From assembly GCA_900128585.1 (NCBI GenBank), contig LT642181.1:1-40582 (forward strand): a stretch of DNA of 40,582 bases, written 5' to 3'. The translations under genes and the position numbers were made by a program. This document shows positions 11,437 to 22,164 of the stretch, one piece after another. Position 1 is the stretch's first letter. Each line of letters begins with the position of its first letter. The notes under the pieces were generated by a model. That model made no database searches, was not told where the DNA came from, and worked only from the letters and a program-made list of their open reading frames with translations. The DNA comes from Stramenopiles sp. TOSAG23-3. Taxonomy: Eukaryota.

Positions 11437-13842
11437 ATGGCTTTCCAACGCTTTCTTGCGGTGGCACTGGCCGTTGCGGTCGTCTGCAGCAGTGACGTTC
11501 GGGCAGCGAAGAATATGAACCAAGGGGGAGTTCCGTACGAAATATCCAACGGTCCTGGTTCGACAGAACACTGGAAAGGAACCCCAGGAAAGTACTCCAC
11601 GAATTTTATGGAGAATGTAGACGGAAAGGTGGAGTACTTCGACGTGTACGGCGAGGTCAAAACCGTTTACTCCCAAGTCTACTGGACGCGGAACGCGCCG
11701 ATTGATCTTCCACCGGAGCTAGTCGCCCGGTTTAAGGGCAAAGTCATGGCCATTACCGGGTATGAAGTCGACCAAGTAACGCACAAGGGCCCCCAGCCCG
11801 GCTCGACAACAACAAAAGACCAGCTCGGGGGATTCAGCTGCTACCCAAGTTGCGACGATAGCGTCGACAAAAGTGTTCCAATTTACCACGCCTACAACCA
11901 CCACTACTTCTCGTGGCTGATCGGAGAAGACGCAGAAATGTACCAGAGAAAGAGCAGGGTGCCGAACCCTACGATGACAGCGTTTCGGGCAAAAAATAGC
12001 ACGGACCACAAGTTCCCCGTATCCATTGTCTACAAAGAGAACCCGGGGGGAGAGTTCAGGAAATCATACCATGGGTATCCCTCGGGCTACGCCCAACTTC
12101 TCCACAGCCCGACGCAATGGATCGTAGAGCCCATGCAAGTGGACACCCACAACCGTGAGTACGACATCAACAACGATACGGTAGGGTACAAAGAATGGTT
12201 CTTGCCGAAGCAGTTCACGGCGAACAACATGACCGATCTGCACAGCGGAATGTCGCCTTTAATCGAATGCCCTTGTACGGACAGGATTACAAAATCAAAA
12301 ACTGAATTGCCCGCTTTCGCCACCAGCGGGACGTGCGGGGACAAACAGATCAAGGACGAGAAAGACTGCAAGAAAGTTGCGGCCGGTGCTGGGATTGATT
12401 TTGGTGCCGTCGCGGTCATCAGTGACCCGTCCAAGCCAAGCGGCTGCTTTGTTGTTCCTTCAGAAAGTAACCGGGGGCACCAGTACAAAGTGTTCTTTAA
12501 CAGTGCGAAAGGGCCTGCTGCAACCTGCGGGAAGGATGGCGTTCCTGTCGCTCTCGTCGGAAAAGCGAACCTTGGAAATCTGACGACGTTGGCAATCACG
12601 CACGATGGCTTTGCCCCAGGTAACAACGTCAGTATAACCATTTCTGGCCCCGAAGGGTCATGGTTTGGTGTAGGATTTGACGCGAAACAAATGGCGGACG
12701 AACCGTACGCCTTGATCATCGACGGGAAGGGAAAGGTCACTGAAAGAAAGCTAGGGTCCCACGCACCGGGAACGCTGTTAAAGACTCAAGTGTCAGTTGA
12801 AGCAAACACTGTGGCCAATGGCATTCGAACGGTTGTTCTCGTTCGGCCGGTGCTAGGAATGGAGTACCTTCGTGAACCCGGAAACCTCAATGTAATCACT
12901 GCGATTGGAAATACAGTCGATTTGGCTTACCACAAAGCACGCACCGGGGCAATGATTTCGTTGCTCCCGAAGACGTCGCAAGCTTGCATTTGTGAGCCGA
13001 GCGTGGCTGCGTTCCTTACGTACATGGGATCTGAAAAGAATAGTTTCGGGTACGACTGCAAGGCAGAGCCACGCTCGGACATGCGCGAAAAGGGCGACGG
13101 GACCCAAAGGGACGGAATTCCAAATGCCGCGTGCGATGTGAAAACGTACCACGGGGGTTTGCAGTGCTGCAAGCATAAGTTTTTACTGACGGACAAGGAC
13201 CAAGAAAGTTTGGTCCCGAAGGACAAGGAGGACGTGTACTTTTTGAAATGGAGATATTACTTTCAAGAGTACAAGCCCGAACCAACCCCGTCCCACAAAC
13301 ATTTGCACCATTGGGTTTTCTTGATAGACGACGCAGTGAACGATTACGAAGAGGACAACCTGCCTTCCCATTATGGTATTGACATGGGCACGGGTGTTGG
13401 AAAGATTACCGCGCACTTGACAGTGAGGGACATGGGCCTGGAAGATATCGCTGGTGCCATGGAAGACAACGGGCTGCCAGACTACCCCATCCCCTTCTAC
13501 GCAAACACCACGATCAAGCCGCTAGTAATGACGCCCCATTGCCACGCCCCCAGTTGCATTCGAGAAGAGCTGTGGAACGCCGATACTGGCGAGATTCTTT
13601 GCAACATGACAGCTGCTTATGGTAACAAGCGGTACGGCAACCTTAACTCTGTCTTCAACGAAGCAAACTACATAACCATTTTACCGTGCATTTTTGGAGA
13701 GCAGGCGGGGCTCCAATACCCATTTGTCCTCTCGCAAGACACAAATTTAACGGCGATTAAGTACTTCAACAACACTTGGCGCCATCTTGGGCAGATGGCG
13801 CAATGGACCGGTATGATGGTGTACGACACGGACCCTTACTAG
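11437..13842 (+). CDS. Secreted SURNod19/copper-monooxygenase-like protein with internal DOMON domain
   Basis: Signal peptide; VPIYHAYNHHY, PHCH and HLGQM motifs; WFGVGFDAKQM…YHKAR DOMON signature. Confidence 0.65.
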   Translation: MAFQRFLAVALAVAVVCSSDVRAAKNMNQGGVPYEISNGPGSTEHWKGTPGKYSTNFMENVDGKVEYFDVYGEVKTVYSQVYWTRNAPIDLPPELVARFKGKVMAITGYEVDQVTHKGPQPGSTTTKDQLGGFSCYPSCDDSVDKSVPIYHAYNHHYFSWLIGEDAEMYQRKSRVPNPTMTAFRAKNSTDHKFPVSIVYKENPGGEFRKSYHGYPSGYAQLLHSPTQWIVEPMQVDTHNREYDINNDTVGYKEWFLPKQFTANNMTDLHSGMSPLIECPCTDRITKSKTELPAFATSGTCGDKQIKDEKDCKKVAAGAGIDFGAVAVISDPSKPSGCFVVPSESNRGHQYKVFFNSAKGPAATCGKDGVPVALVGKANLGNLTTLAITHDGFAPGNNVSITISGPEGSWFGVGFDAKQMADEPYALIIDGKGKVTERKLGSHAPGTLLKTQVSVEANTVANGIRTVVLVRPVLGMEYLREPGNLNVITAIGNTVDLAYHKARTGAMISLLPKTSQACICEPSVAAFLTYMGSEKNSFGYDCKAEPRSDMREKGDGTQRDGIPNAACDVKTYHGGLQCCKHKFLLTDKDQESLVPKDKEDVYFLKWRYYFQEYKPEPTPSHKHLHHWVFLIDDAVNDYEEDNLPSHYGIDMGTGVGKITAHLTVRDMGLEDIAGAMEDNGLPDYPIPFYANTTIKPLVMTPHCHAPSCIREELWNADTGEILCNMTAAYGNKRYGNLNSVFNEANYITILPCIFGEQAGLQYPFVLSQDTNLTAIKYFNNTWRHLGQMAQWTGMMVYDTDPY

Positions 13843-13949
13843 AGTTGGAAATGGCAAGGGGCATGTATTAAGTTTAAATTATTTTACGAGCATTACGAAC
13901 AATTGCACTACGAAATATACTTAAATTACTCTTACACCTGAATGGTTTA

Positions 13950-15773
13950 TCAAACAGCGCCGCTGTTAGCTTTCTCCCCGTCCACTTTGCAAAGGGGGTG
14001 TTCAAACAAACGTTCCGAAAAGAAGGACCGAAGTGCCTGGAGCGCGGCCGTGTCTTTTAAATGTGACGAATTTGCCGGTATAGGGACGTGCAGACGCGGC
14101 CAATCGTTGGAGTACATCTTGCATATTGAAGATTCTCTGGGGATTTCGGTGTTGTTTGCCAACGAATCGGCTGCAACTTTCGCGTTCTTTTCGACGGGAT
14201 AATACTTCATTGTACACCCAAATTTGAACGAAAGCTCTCGCACGTCTTTTTCGCTGAGGGATTCTACTACTGCTGCCCCTTCGCCTACGCCCAAGATCCC
14301 ATCAAACTGGTAAATTCGCCCGAGCAACGCCATTTCCGAGTCTTCCTCCTTTTCTAACGACTCTTTAGTCCCATTGTACTGTTCCGTCCTCTCCTTTCGT
14401 TCTAAAATGAACTTCTTCAACCGTTCCTTTGCCCCAGGGTACTGTCCGTCGCTGCCGTCCCCTTCAGACCACGCCCTGCGTTCAAGGCGCCGTCGCTTCG
14501 ACGAGGCAGAACTTAAGTTTTGTGCCACTGTGGACAGAAACGGTGCCTCCACGTAATGGAAACGAACCATCTTCCGTAACTTTCTACTGGTACGCCTCAA
14601 AAAATGTTGCATAATCCGTGCATTGCTGTTCCCGTCGTGCAGGCATAAGACATGCAAGTAGCGGGGCAGTTCGTCCCCGCGTCGTTCGTAGCAATTGCGC
14701 TCCTCCATGCACGCTTCGCACACCAGCCGGTCGGCGTGCAACTTTGGAGGTGCGGCGCCGTCCTCCGTTTTGCCCCCCTGCCCATTGCCACTATCCCCAC
14801 GGCACGATTCACATACCAGCACGAGCAGACGGCAATGCACGCACCGCATCCCAGGGCCGTAGTCATCGCACGGCCCACTGCACAGCAAGCAGCTACCCAC
14901 GATTCCAGCATCCGGGCTGCTGGTTTCCCCGGCGTCCTTGGCAGGCTCCGCTGCGCCCACCGCTAGCCTCCGGTCAAACACAAAATTTTTCCCTTTCCAA
15001 AAGCCGCCGTCTGGGTATTTCTCTAGGTATCGGTGTATTCCGCCTTTCAGCTGGTACACGTCGTCGACCCCTTTTGATTTCAAAAAGGCAGAGGCTCGTT
15101 CACACCGGACCCCGCCCGTGCAGTACATCAGCACTTTCTTGTCCTTCAACTTGTCCAAGGTTTCTGGGCGGGAAATTGACGAGGCAAAATCAGAAAACTG
15201 CCTGGTCATAGGGTCCACGCGCATGACATTCTCCGCCGAGAAGTATCCTATTGCCGTTTCATACCGATTGCGAACGTCGATCAACGCAATGCCTTTCGAG
15301 TCGGACCCGGCACTCTCCCCACCAACCTGCTGTGCGGCGCCGTCTGTGCCGTCCTTGTTGGCAGACATAAGCATTTCGTGGAATTCCTCCGGGGACGCAT
15401 GCCTTCCCCCCGTCGCCCCCTCTGGGATGGTGTTCGCCAGCCCAAAGCTGCAAAGTTCAGGCACGGCCTTGACGATCAGACCAACCATGCGCTGCTCGTC
15501 GACGCTCTTGTCTTTCCTAGGTGCCCCCCGCTTCCAGTCCACATTCTGAAAATATGGCAAAAACCGAGGGTCAGACTCCACTATAGTTATGTACTTTTCA
15601 ATATTTTCCGGCGTTCCCCCAAAGCACCCGTTGACGCCTTCCTCGGCAATCCTTAGGCGCCCGACCAGCGAAAGGTCGGTGCACAATGCCTTTTGCACTT
15701 CCACCAACTTCGATGGCTCAGAAATGGTGACATAATTATAAAACAGCAACGTCAAGTAAGGCTCCCCACCCAT
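13950..15773 (-). CDS. Rhodanese-domain protein (UPF0176/TrhO/TSTD2 family) fused to FSH1-like hydrolase domain (plant STR6-like architecture)
   Basis: GRLRIAEEGVNG, IDVRNRYE, MYCTGGVRCE, YQLKGGIHRY, GKNFVFDRR, C-terminal Cys cluster; VLCLH…FHYVEAP…FDGILG; ATG 15773. Confidence 0.85.
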   Translation of the reverse strand: MGGEPYLTLLFYNYVTISEPSKLVEVQKALCTDLSLVGRLRIAEEGVNGCFGGTPENIEKYITIVESDPRFLPYFQNVDWKRGAPRKDKSVDEQRMVGLIVKAVPELCSFGLANTIPEGATGGRHASPEEFHEMLMSANKDGTDGAAQQVGGESAGSDSKGIALIDVRNRYETAIGYFSAENVMRVDPMTRQFSDFASSISRPETLDKLKDKKVLMYCTGGVRCERASAFLKSKGVDDVYQLKGGIHRYLEKYPDGGFWKGKNFVFDRRLAVGAAEPAKDAGETSSPDAGIVGSCLLCSGPCDDYGPGMRCVHCRLLVLVCESCRGDSGNGQGGKTEDGAAPPKLHADRLVCEACMEERNCYERRGDELPRYLHVLCLHDGNSNARIMQHFLRRTSRKLRKMVRFHYVEAPFLSTVAQNLSSASSKRRRLERRAWSEGDGSDGQYPGAKERLKKFILERKERTEQYNGTKESLEKEEDSEMALLGRIYQFDGILGVGEGAAVVESLSEKDVRELSFKFGCTMKYYPVEKNAKVAADSLANNTEIPRESSICKMYSNDWPRLHVPIPANSSHLKDTAALQALRSFFSERLFEHPLCKVDGEKANSGAV

Positions 15774-16214
15774 AGTACGCACCTCCCTCTCGTAACCGCT
15801 CTCGCTCGCGACTTTCGTTTTATGGAATACACGGCTTCCTATACTCGTCTTCTTCCCGGAAGCACGGCAATGAAATCAACAGCTAACAATGTTCCGATAA
15901 ATCGAACAAATAAGTTTATAAGAGTAAAGGTTTCAAAAGGAAACAAGAAAGGAAAACAATCCTAATTTTTCTGTTTTGTACTTCTTTCAAAAATCTTCTA
16001 CAGTGTCGACTGTCGATGTATCGTCTGAAGAATATGTCTTTCAATAATATATAATTAATAAATCCAAAAAAAGAAGAAGAAGGTGTAGTAGTAGTACAGT
16101 AGTAGTATTATTATTATTATTATTTTTAATATTTTTTATTATAATAACTACGAACACCACAACAACAACACATCATCAATATAAAAAAGAAAAAAATAAA
16201 GAAGGAAGAAGGAA

Positions 16215-16259
<45 letters not shown>

Positions 16260-16869
16260 AAAATAAAAAAAAAAGGAAGAGAAGGTCCAGATGGTCGGTC
16301 CGGTCCGTCTGTCCTCCTGTAATAAATACCATCTTCTATCTCCGTCCTATCCTATTCCTAATTTCTCTTTTTATTTTAAAGTACATATAAATATCATTGT
16401 TTTTTTAGAAATTATATTTTTTATCGATAAAATACTGTAGAAGAATGTAGAAGAAGTATTTAGTATTAAATAAATAGAATAAATAAAGACCTATTCATAA
16501 CACTATTATTAATTTTGATTTTGAGGTCTTTCTTCTTTCTTTCTTTCTTTCTTTCTTTCATTCTTCTTCTTCCTTCACATTTCATTTCAGCGCGATAATA
16601 TATTTTATATGATGAGAGACGACGACTCCTCTCTCTATCTTGATCTCTTCTTCTGAGTGAGGGAAGATAATATAATAGAAGAAAAGAAAGAAGCAGAGGA
16701 GAAAGAATTGGCATGGCGGCATATATATATATGCATATATGTGAACGAGAAGAAGCCAAAATTGTATTTATATCACGAACATACATTTTTTTCGGGCAAT
16801 ACCATCTTCTTGTCTCTGGTGTTTCTATCTTTAAAATCCCCTTTTATATACATATAAATAAAAGGAACG

Positions 16870-18678
16870 ATGACGATGGTGGAACGGTTCGGTGTGTTTT
16901 TGTTATATGTCTCTGGCCTTGTGGTAACTGCAAGTGGTGGGCCGTCTGGGGCTGGGGCTGCTGGTGGGGAAGGCTCTGCGTTTTTCTCTCCAAAATCATC
17001 CGACGACTTCAAGGCGGCCCCGGTGGTTGAACTAACCCGTTCAAATAGTGCTTACATAATTGGCGCTCAAAAGTGCACGGTGGTATTTTCGAGCCCAATG
17101 TTCTTGTCGAATGAGGACAAGCCGAAGGTACAGGAGCTGAGGGCCATTTCGTCAACCCTTGCGAATCGGTTTCGTTCCAACCCCAACGTTCTTGTCGCGC
17201 ACGTTGCCGCGGATACGGAGGGCAAAACGCTTGCCTTCCCATACGAAGAAGGGGAGCATTTTGAAACATTTGTGAAGTGGAGCGAGATGGATGTACCCAT
17301 TGTCGTTGCGAGGGCTTCCAAAAAGAGGGGCGTTCGGCTGTTCGGCGCCCGAAAAGATAAGGTGCAGCTGTCCGCCGACGGCGTCGTGGCGTGGGTGGAG
17401 AAAAAATGTAAGGAGGCGGGCTCACCAGAACATGAAAAGTACGACTACGACACTCTCTCGGTAATTTTTAAGACGAACAAAACGTTGGCGCTGCTTGCCG
17501 ACGGGTTCGACTTGGTCTCGGAGGACATGAAGGCGTGGATACAGGACTACTGCGCCGACTTTCCAATCCCGCAAGAATTCTCCCCGAACGTTACCGTCCT
17601 GGACGCCCGAACCACGAGCATGAGAAAGTTTCTATGCTTGCATGCGTTCGCAGGCCGGCCGCTTGTGATGAAAAACGCCGTCGGCCAGTGGCCTGCGATG
17701 CACAAGTGGAAGCCCGATGGCCCATGGGTCGACATGATGGCTAGTGCTGCCCTTTCGGCGGACATTGGCGTGGAGCGTGGGTGGAGGGGGCGCTCGTTGA
17801 GCTCGTACGAGTATTTTGAGTACATGCAGGACAACGCTGCGGAGCGTGCTCGGCTTCGCCACTTGAACGTGACGATGCCGCCGTGGAGCTCTCTGTACGC
17901 GTACACCCACCAACATACCCGGACGGAGGATGGGTTCGTGGCAGATATAATGTGGCCTGACTTCGAGGCCCCGGACATTTTCAACCGGCAGAACTGGTTC
18001 CGCTACATGGGCGATTGCCATAAAATGATGACGGTCACGTTCTGGGCGACGGAAGGGGCACGGCAATCGAACCACCAAGACGATTTTGGAAGCAGCAAGT
18101 GGCAAGCGCAGGTGTACGGCAGGAAGCGATGGATTATGCACCCCCCCGAAGAAAGCAAGAAGCTGTACAATGGAAGGGTCGACCCGTTCGAGCCGGACTA
18201 CGAGCGGTACCCGGATTACAAGGACGTACGGCGCGTCGAGTTCGTGTTGGAGGAAGGGGACGTCCTGTTTTGGTCGGCGGGGTGGTGGCACGCAACGCAG
18301 GCCCTTGAAAACTCGCTGGCCATTGCGCAGAACATTCTCAGCGAGCACAACTACATGGAGTTTCGACGAACGTCGCGAAACGCTTGCGAGCCAGGGGGGA
18401 GCCATGGGGTGTACAGCCCATGGTGCTCCTGCTTCCGTCGAACGTATGGGAAGTGGGACGAGATGTACAAGAAGTGGCTGGACGACATCAAGGCAAATTC
18501 CCCTGGGCGCGATTATGACTTTTCCAAGTTTATGTCCCACAACGAGTCGCCTACGGAGCACACCCATGCCGATTTGGCCTCTGGCATCGGCAACGTGTTG
18601 AAGGCTTTGAACGGCGACGTCGATCATTTTACGGAAAAGAATGAGTTCCCCATCGACACGGCCCACACCGATCTATGA
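16870..18678 (+). CDS. JmjC/cupin-8 2-oxoglutarate oxygenase with signal peptide and C-terminal HTDL
   Basis: RPLVMKNAVGQWPAMHKW, HQD, GRKRW, EGDVLFWSAGWWHAT motifs. Confidence 0.85.
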   Translation: MTMVERFGVFLLYVSGLVVTASGGPSGAGAAGGEGSAFFSPKSSDDFKAAPVVELTRSNSAYIIGAQKCTVVFSSPMFLSNEDKPKVQELRAISSTLANRFRSNPNVLVAHVAADTEGKTLAFPYEEGEHFETFVKWSEMDVPIVVARASKKRGVRLFGARKDKVQLSADGVVAWVEKKCKEAGSPEHEKYDYDTLSVIFKTNKTLALLADGFDLVSEDMKAWIQDYCADFPIPQEFSPNVTVLDARTTSMRKFLCLHAFAGRPLVMKNAVGQWPAMHKWKPDGPWVDMMASAALSADIGVERGWRGRSLSSYEYFEYMQDNAAERARLRHLNVTMPPWSSLYAYTHQHTRTEDGFVADIMWPDFEAPDIFNRQNWFRYMGDCHKMMTVTFWATEGARQSNHQDDFGSSKWQAQVYGRKRWIMHPPEESKKLYNGRVDPFEPDYERYPDYKDVRRVEFVLEEGDVLFWSAGWWHATQALENSLAIAQNILSEHNYMEFRRTSRNACEPGGSHGVYSPWCSCFRRTYGKWDEMYKKWLDDIKANSPGRDYDFSKFMSHNESPTEHTHADLASGIGNVLKALNGDVDHFTEKNEFPIDTAHTDL

Positions 18679-19086
18679 GATAACAGGTATGCTAAACAGC
18701 CATATTTCGTACTAAAACGTAATGATATAATGTGGTGTGAGCATTAAATATCAATACGATGTTGCTTCAAAGAACCAGGTGTACTGAGATAAAATCTCTT
18801 TTGGTTTAACAGAGATGAGAGATGTTGCGTATATCCCAAAATGTGTGCGTGTATTAAGTAATAAAATACGCTTCAAATTGTGTGTGTGTAGTAGTAAAAA
18901 AAGCGTTTTAAATAAATAAAAGGGGAATTAAGCGCTTCTTAACACACCTGGAATTATTTTACTTCACCACAGGCTTTTACTTCACCACCCAGGCAAGATG
19001 TAATTTGTTTTTTTAACGTCAGGCTTCTGTTTTTTTTAAAACAATTATTAACCCCGTCCTCCCGCCGCTTTCCTCAAATTTGTTTC

Positions 19087-20175
19087 TCAAAGAAACATAT
19101 TTGCAATTGTCCGCCTTCCATATTTGGTCAGCTTGTGTATGCCGTCATGGTGCTCGTACATGGTTGCTTTCGGGGTGTTGATTTTGAGTTCGTACAGATA
19201 ATTTCTTTTCTGGGCCTTTCGGACACACTCAGCAATGCAGAATTGGTAGTTCAGTATCCTGATGAAGTCCTCCCGGGCCAGGTCGTCCTTTTCTGGAAAG
19301 ACCCCAGGTTCGATTTCGTTGGCAGTGCTTCCGCCAAACGTTCCGGACCATGTCCGGGACGACGTTCGCTGGGACGTCCGCGACGTCGTCCGCTGGGACG
19401 ACCGCGACGTCGATCGCTGGGACCTGGACGGCGGTTGCTTGCATAAAATATGCAGTCCCCTAATCATGGCTGATAAATCGTCGTAGTCGACTGTCGTATC
19501 AATTCCAGTACTCAGGTTTCCAACGTGTTTGGATGTAAATTTAAAGAGGCTGGACTCGGAGTTGGAGGCACGCAAATGCCTTGTGCTGGCCAACATTACA
19601 TTGTGCTTTTGCTCAAATTCCGAGGCCAGGGCCCGTCTCCTTACCATCGTTTTTCTGATCTTTGCCTTCTTCCGCCGCAGGCTCGGCAGTTCTTGAATCC
19701 CGTCCTTTCGCAGCAGGAGGCGTGAATTCTTCATGCTCTTGCCAAAAGCGGCCAGGCTCCCACTTCTATTTCTAAAACAAGTGGGGTCTTTGTCGTAGAC
19801 GGCTTTGTGCCTCACCTGCATGATGGGGGGAGGCTTGTACTCTGTCATGGCGCGCACTTTCTGGGAATTCGACAGGTTGTTTAGGGACGGGTCTGATAGG
19901 GCACCTTTCGGGACATAGAACTTCTTTATTGATGATGTTCGAACCCATCCTTTCTCTCTTACATTTCTTTGTTTCGGTTCTATTTCCGTCATGCTGCAAA
20001 CGCTCCTCATCAATTCCGCCCGCCCTCCATGCCCATACTTTTCGACACGTCTTTCATTCAATAGGGTTGGGCTGATCGGTCTCCTGGCAAGGGGAACAAA
20101 GGGATTGCGGGTCATGAAAGACGGAGCATTTGAAGAGATAGCCGAATCATTCGGTTCGTCCAAAATGATCGTCAT
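19087..20175 (-). CDS. Hypothetical basic protein with short S/T/R repeats
   Basis: Long GC-richer ORF; likely start MTIILDE at 20175; SQRSTSR-like repeats; no family recognised. Confidence 0.65.
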   Translation of the reverse strand: MTIILDEPNDSAISSNAPSFMTRNPFVPLARRPISPTLLNERRVEKYGHGGRAELMRSVCSMTEIEPKQRNVREKGWVRTSSIKKFYVPKGALSDPSLNNLSNSQKVRAMTEYKPPPIMQVRHKAVYDKDPTCFRNRSGSLAAFGKSMKNSRLLLRKDGIQELPSLRRKKAKIRKTMVRRRALASEFEQKHNVMLASTRHLRASNSESSLFKFTSKHVGNLSTGIDTTVDYDDLSAMIRGLHILCKQPPSRSQRSTSRSSQRTTSRTSQRTSSRTWSGTFGGSTANEIEPGVFPEKDDLAREDFIRILNYQFCIAECVRKAQKRNYLYELKINTPKATMYEHHDGIHKLTKYGRRTIANMFL

Positions 20176-20626
20176 TTTTATCGTCACTCTCTCTCTCTCT
20201 CTCTTAATTGACTCAACACACTCAATCTTTAAATCGATCACACGCCCAGGCAAAGATTCAATCGTATACGACTTGCACCACCCTGTACTGAAACTTGCTA
20301 TGTATAAATCGCATGATTGATCTACATATTGACATATATGACATACATACCAAGGTACTGTATAATATGAAAAACAATTCATGCATCATCAGAAGTAATA
20401 ATAATATTAAAAACTTAAAAAAATATAGCTAGAATAATAATAGCTGCTGATAATAAAATATAACCTAACTAAAAAAAATATATAAAAAATAATAATAAAA
20501 AACGGATATTATTTATATTTTTTGTTTGTTTGTTGTTTGATTTTTATGATGATTATGATGATGATGATGGATGATGAAGAAGTACCAGTAGTAGAAAGAA
20601 GAATGTGATTTTTTATTATTATATAT

Positions 20627-20792
20627 TTCTTCTTCCTTCTTCTTCTTTCTTCTTTCTTCTTCTTCTTCTTCTTCTTCTTCTTCTTTCTTCTTTCTTCTTC
20701 TTCTTCTTCTTCTTTCTTCTTCTTCTTTCTTCTTCTTCTTCTTCTTCTTCTTTCTTTCTTCTTCTTCCTCTTCTTTCTTCTTCTTTCTTCTC
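20627..20792. repeat. (TTC)n degenerate microsatellite
   Basis: Directly visible. Confidence 0.9.
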
Positions 20793-21059
20793 ATAAATAC
20801 GAGTATAAGAAGAAGAAGTATTCTACTCAAAACTGAAAAAAAAAAAAGGATGAACATTGAATAGCATTGAATTGTACTTATAGTTGCACTATATTTCTAA
20901 TAGGTATTTTGCTATTTTTTGCAACCTATGGTGTGTCAATGTTATATTTTGCACACTTAACTTCAACATTTCCTATGTGTAACTCTATAAACAACAAGTA
21001 CGAAAAAAACTCAGATTTTCGAGTAAAAAAAGAAAGTCGTCTTGAGAAAAATTGATGAT

Positions 21060-21310
21060 TTGATGAAATTTAAGGACCCACATTTAGACATTATCATATA
21101 ACTCTTTGAAAAGTCAGAAGTTAGTACAAACGCTGCAAACTCATTAAAGAGTTATAAAGGGCAAGCCACCCTCCGCAAGAATAAAAAAATTAAAACCAAG
21201 GACAATGGGATAACACTGCTGTGGAAATCGATTTTGTTGAAATCACAGCAAAACACAATGTTAACGCTAAAGATGACGACGGTGGTACAGGGTTGGTACT
21301 GGAGTGGCCT
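21060..21310 (+). pseudogene. Decayed ankyrin-repeat fragment
   Basis: HLDIII*LFEKSEVSTNAAN and, in a shifted frame, KHNVNAKDDDGGTGL. Confidence 0.45.
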
Positions 21311-21317
21311 TTCTCTT

Positions 21318-21440
21318 TGACAAAGCCAATTATCTTTAGATCCTTCAACGATGGATAATGTAGAGCTATCATTTCTGTCAAGGCCTCCTTTTGCGTAACA
21401 GAAGGTAATTTTACCTTTACTGCCAACTCTCCTGCTGGTC
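21318..21440 (-). mobile_element. PIF/Harbinger-like transposase fragment (segment just before first catalytic Asp)
   Basis: AVKVKLPSVTQKEALTEMIALHYPSLKDLKIIGFV resembles A.I.WP…I..R(H/Y)P.L…FGF(I/V)DG. Confidence 0.55.
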
Positions 21441-21595
21441 GGATTAAAGAAAACTAACTTCTACTTTTCCGATTGCATTAATTCAAAGACGAAAAGTTTC
21501 TAATTTCAAATCTAAACGCGATTTAACAAAGCAGAATGCGTACCGCCCTTTCAATCGACGGTAATCACGGAAAAAGCAATAATTCCTTGCTATGC

Positions 21596-21713
21596 CAACA
21601 GGCAATCAGTGGTTCTCCGTCTCAACAAAGCAAGGTTGGCCAACGCCGAGTCGGACACCAAGCTCCCTTCGGGGACCCTGCGCAACAGGCAATCAGTGGT
21701 TCTCCGTCTCAAC
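21596..21713. repeat. Two identical 31-bp direct repeats (21596-21626, 21683-21713) with 56-bp spacer
   Basis: CAACAGGCAATCAGTGGTTCTCCGTCTCAAC twice. Confidence 0.9.
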
Positions 21714-21714
21714 G

Positions 21715-22160
21715 TTTGCCACCTGCGGGGTGCCGTTGGATTATCTTGTAATACCCCCACTAGAGCATGAAGTCCAAAAATAATTTTTTCACTCACAACA
21801 GATGGTGTCATGGAAAATATTATGCAAAATACATTTTGCTCTTGCGTTGAGTTGAGGTACATGAGGGTTAGACCAACAATATCCTCAATACATGGACATG
21901 TTGATAACCTCTTCCTTTCAACAATGTTTCTTGAAATTCTATCAAGAACTTTCTCATCCTCAATACATGGACATGTTGATAACCTCTTCCTTTCAACAAT
22001 GTTTCTTGAAATTCTATCAAGAACTTTCTCTCTGATAACGGGTGCCACTATTTCACACAGGCTCTTGAAACACCTTACTGTGCACTTTAAGAAGTAAATG
22101 AACGTGTCATTTCTCTCCCCTTCTAAAAGTTTTCTCCATCAGCACCATTTCTGAACATTT
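21715..22160 (-). mobile_element. PIF/Harbinger-like transposase N-terminal/HTH fragment with stop and internal duplication
   Basis: C*WRKLLEGERNDTFIYF…IVGLTLMYLNSTQEQNVFCIIFSMTPSVVSEKIIFGLHALVGVLQDNPTA. Confidence 0.7.
21881..22030. repeat. Perfect 75-bp tandem duplication (21881-21955, 21956-22030)
   Basis: Directly visible; 25 aa EKVLDRISRNIVERKRLSTCPCIED x2 on minus strand. Confidence 0.95.
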
Positions 22161-22164
22161 GAGT

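Noticed and set aside
17632-18666. Long antisense ORFs (also 30178-31221, 32193-32990, 36176-36934, 28317-29108)
   Set aside because: Shadows of GC-rich sense genes with recognisable domains
21536-21575. LSIDGNH as an additional DDE (MULE/Harbinger) first-Asp motif
   Set aside because: Too short to distinguish from chance
21596-21713. CRISPR array
   Set aside because: Only two repeats, no cas genes, eukaryotic context; kept as a repeat-spacer finding only
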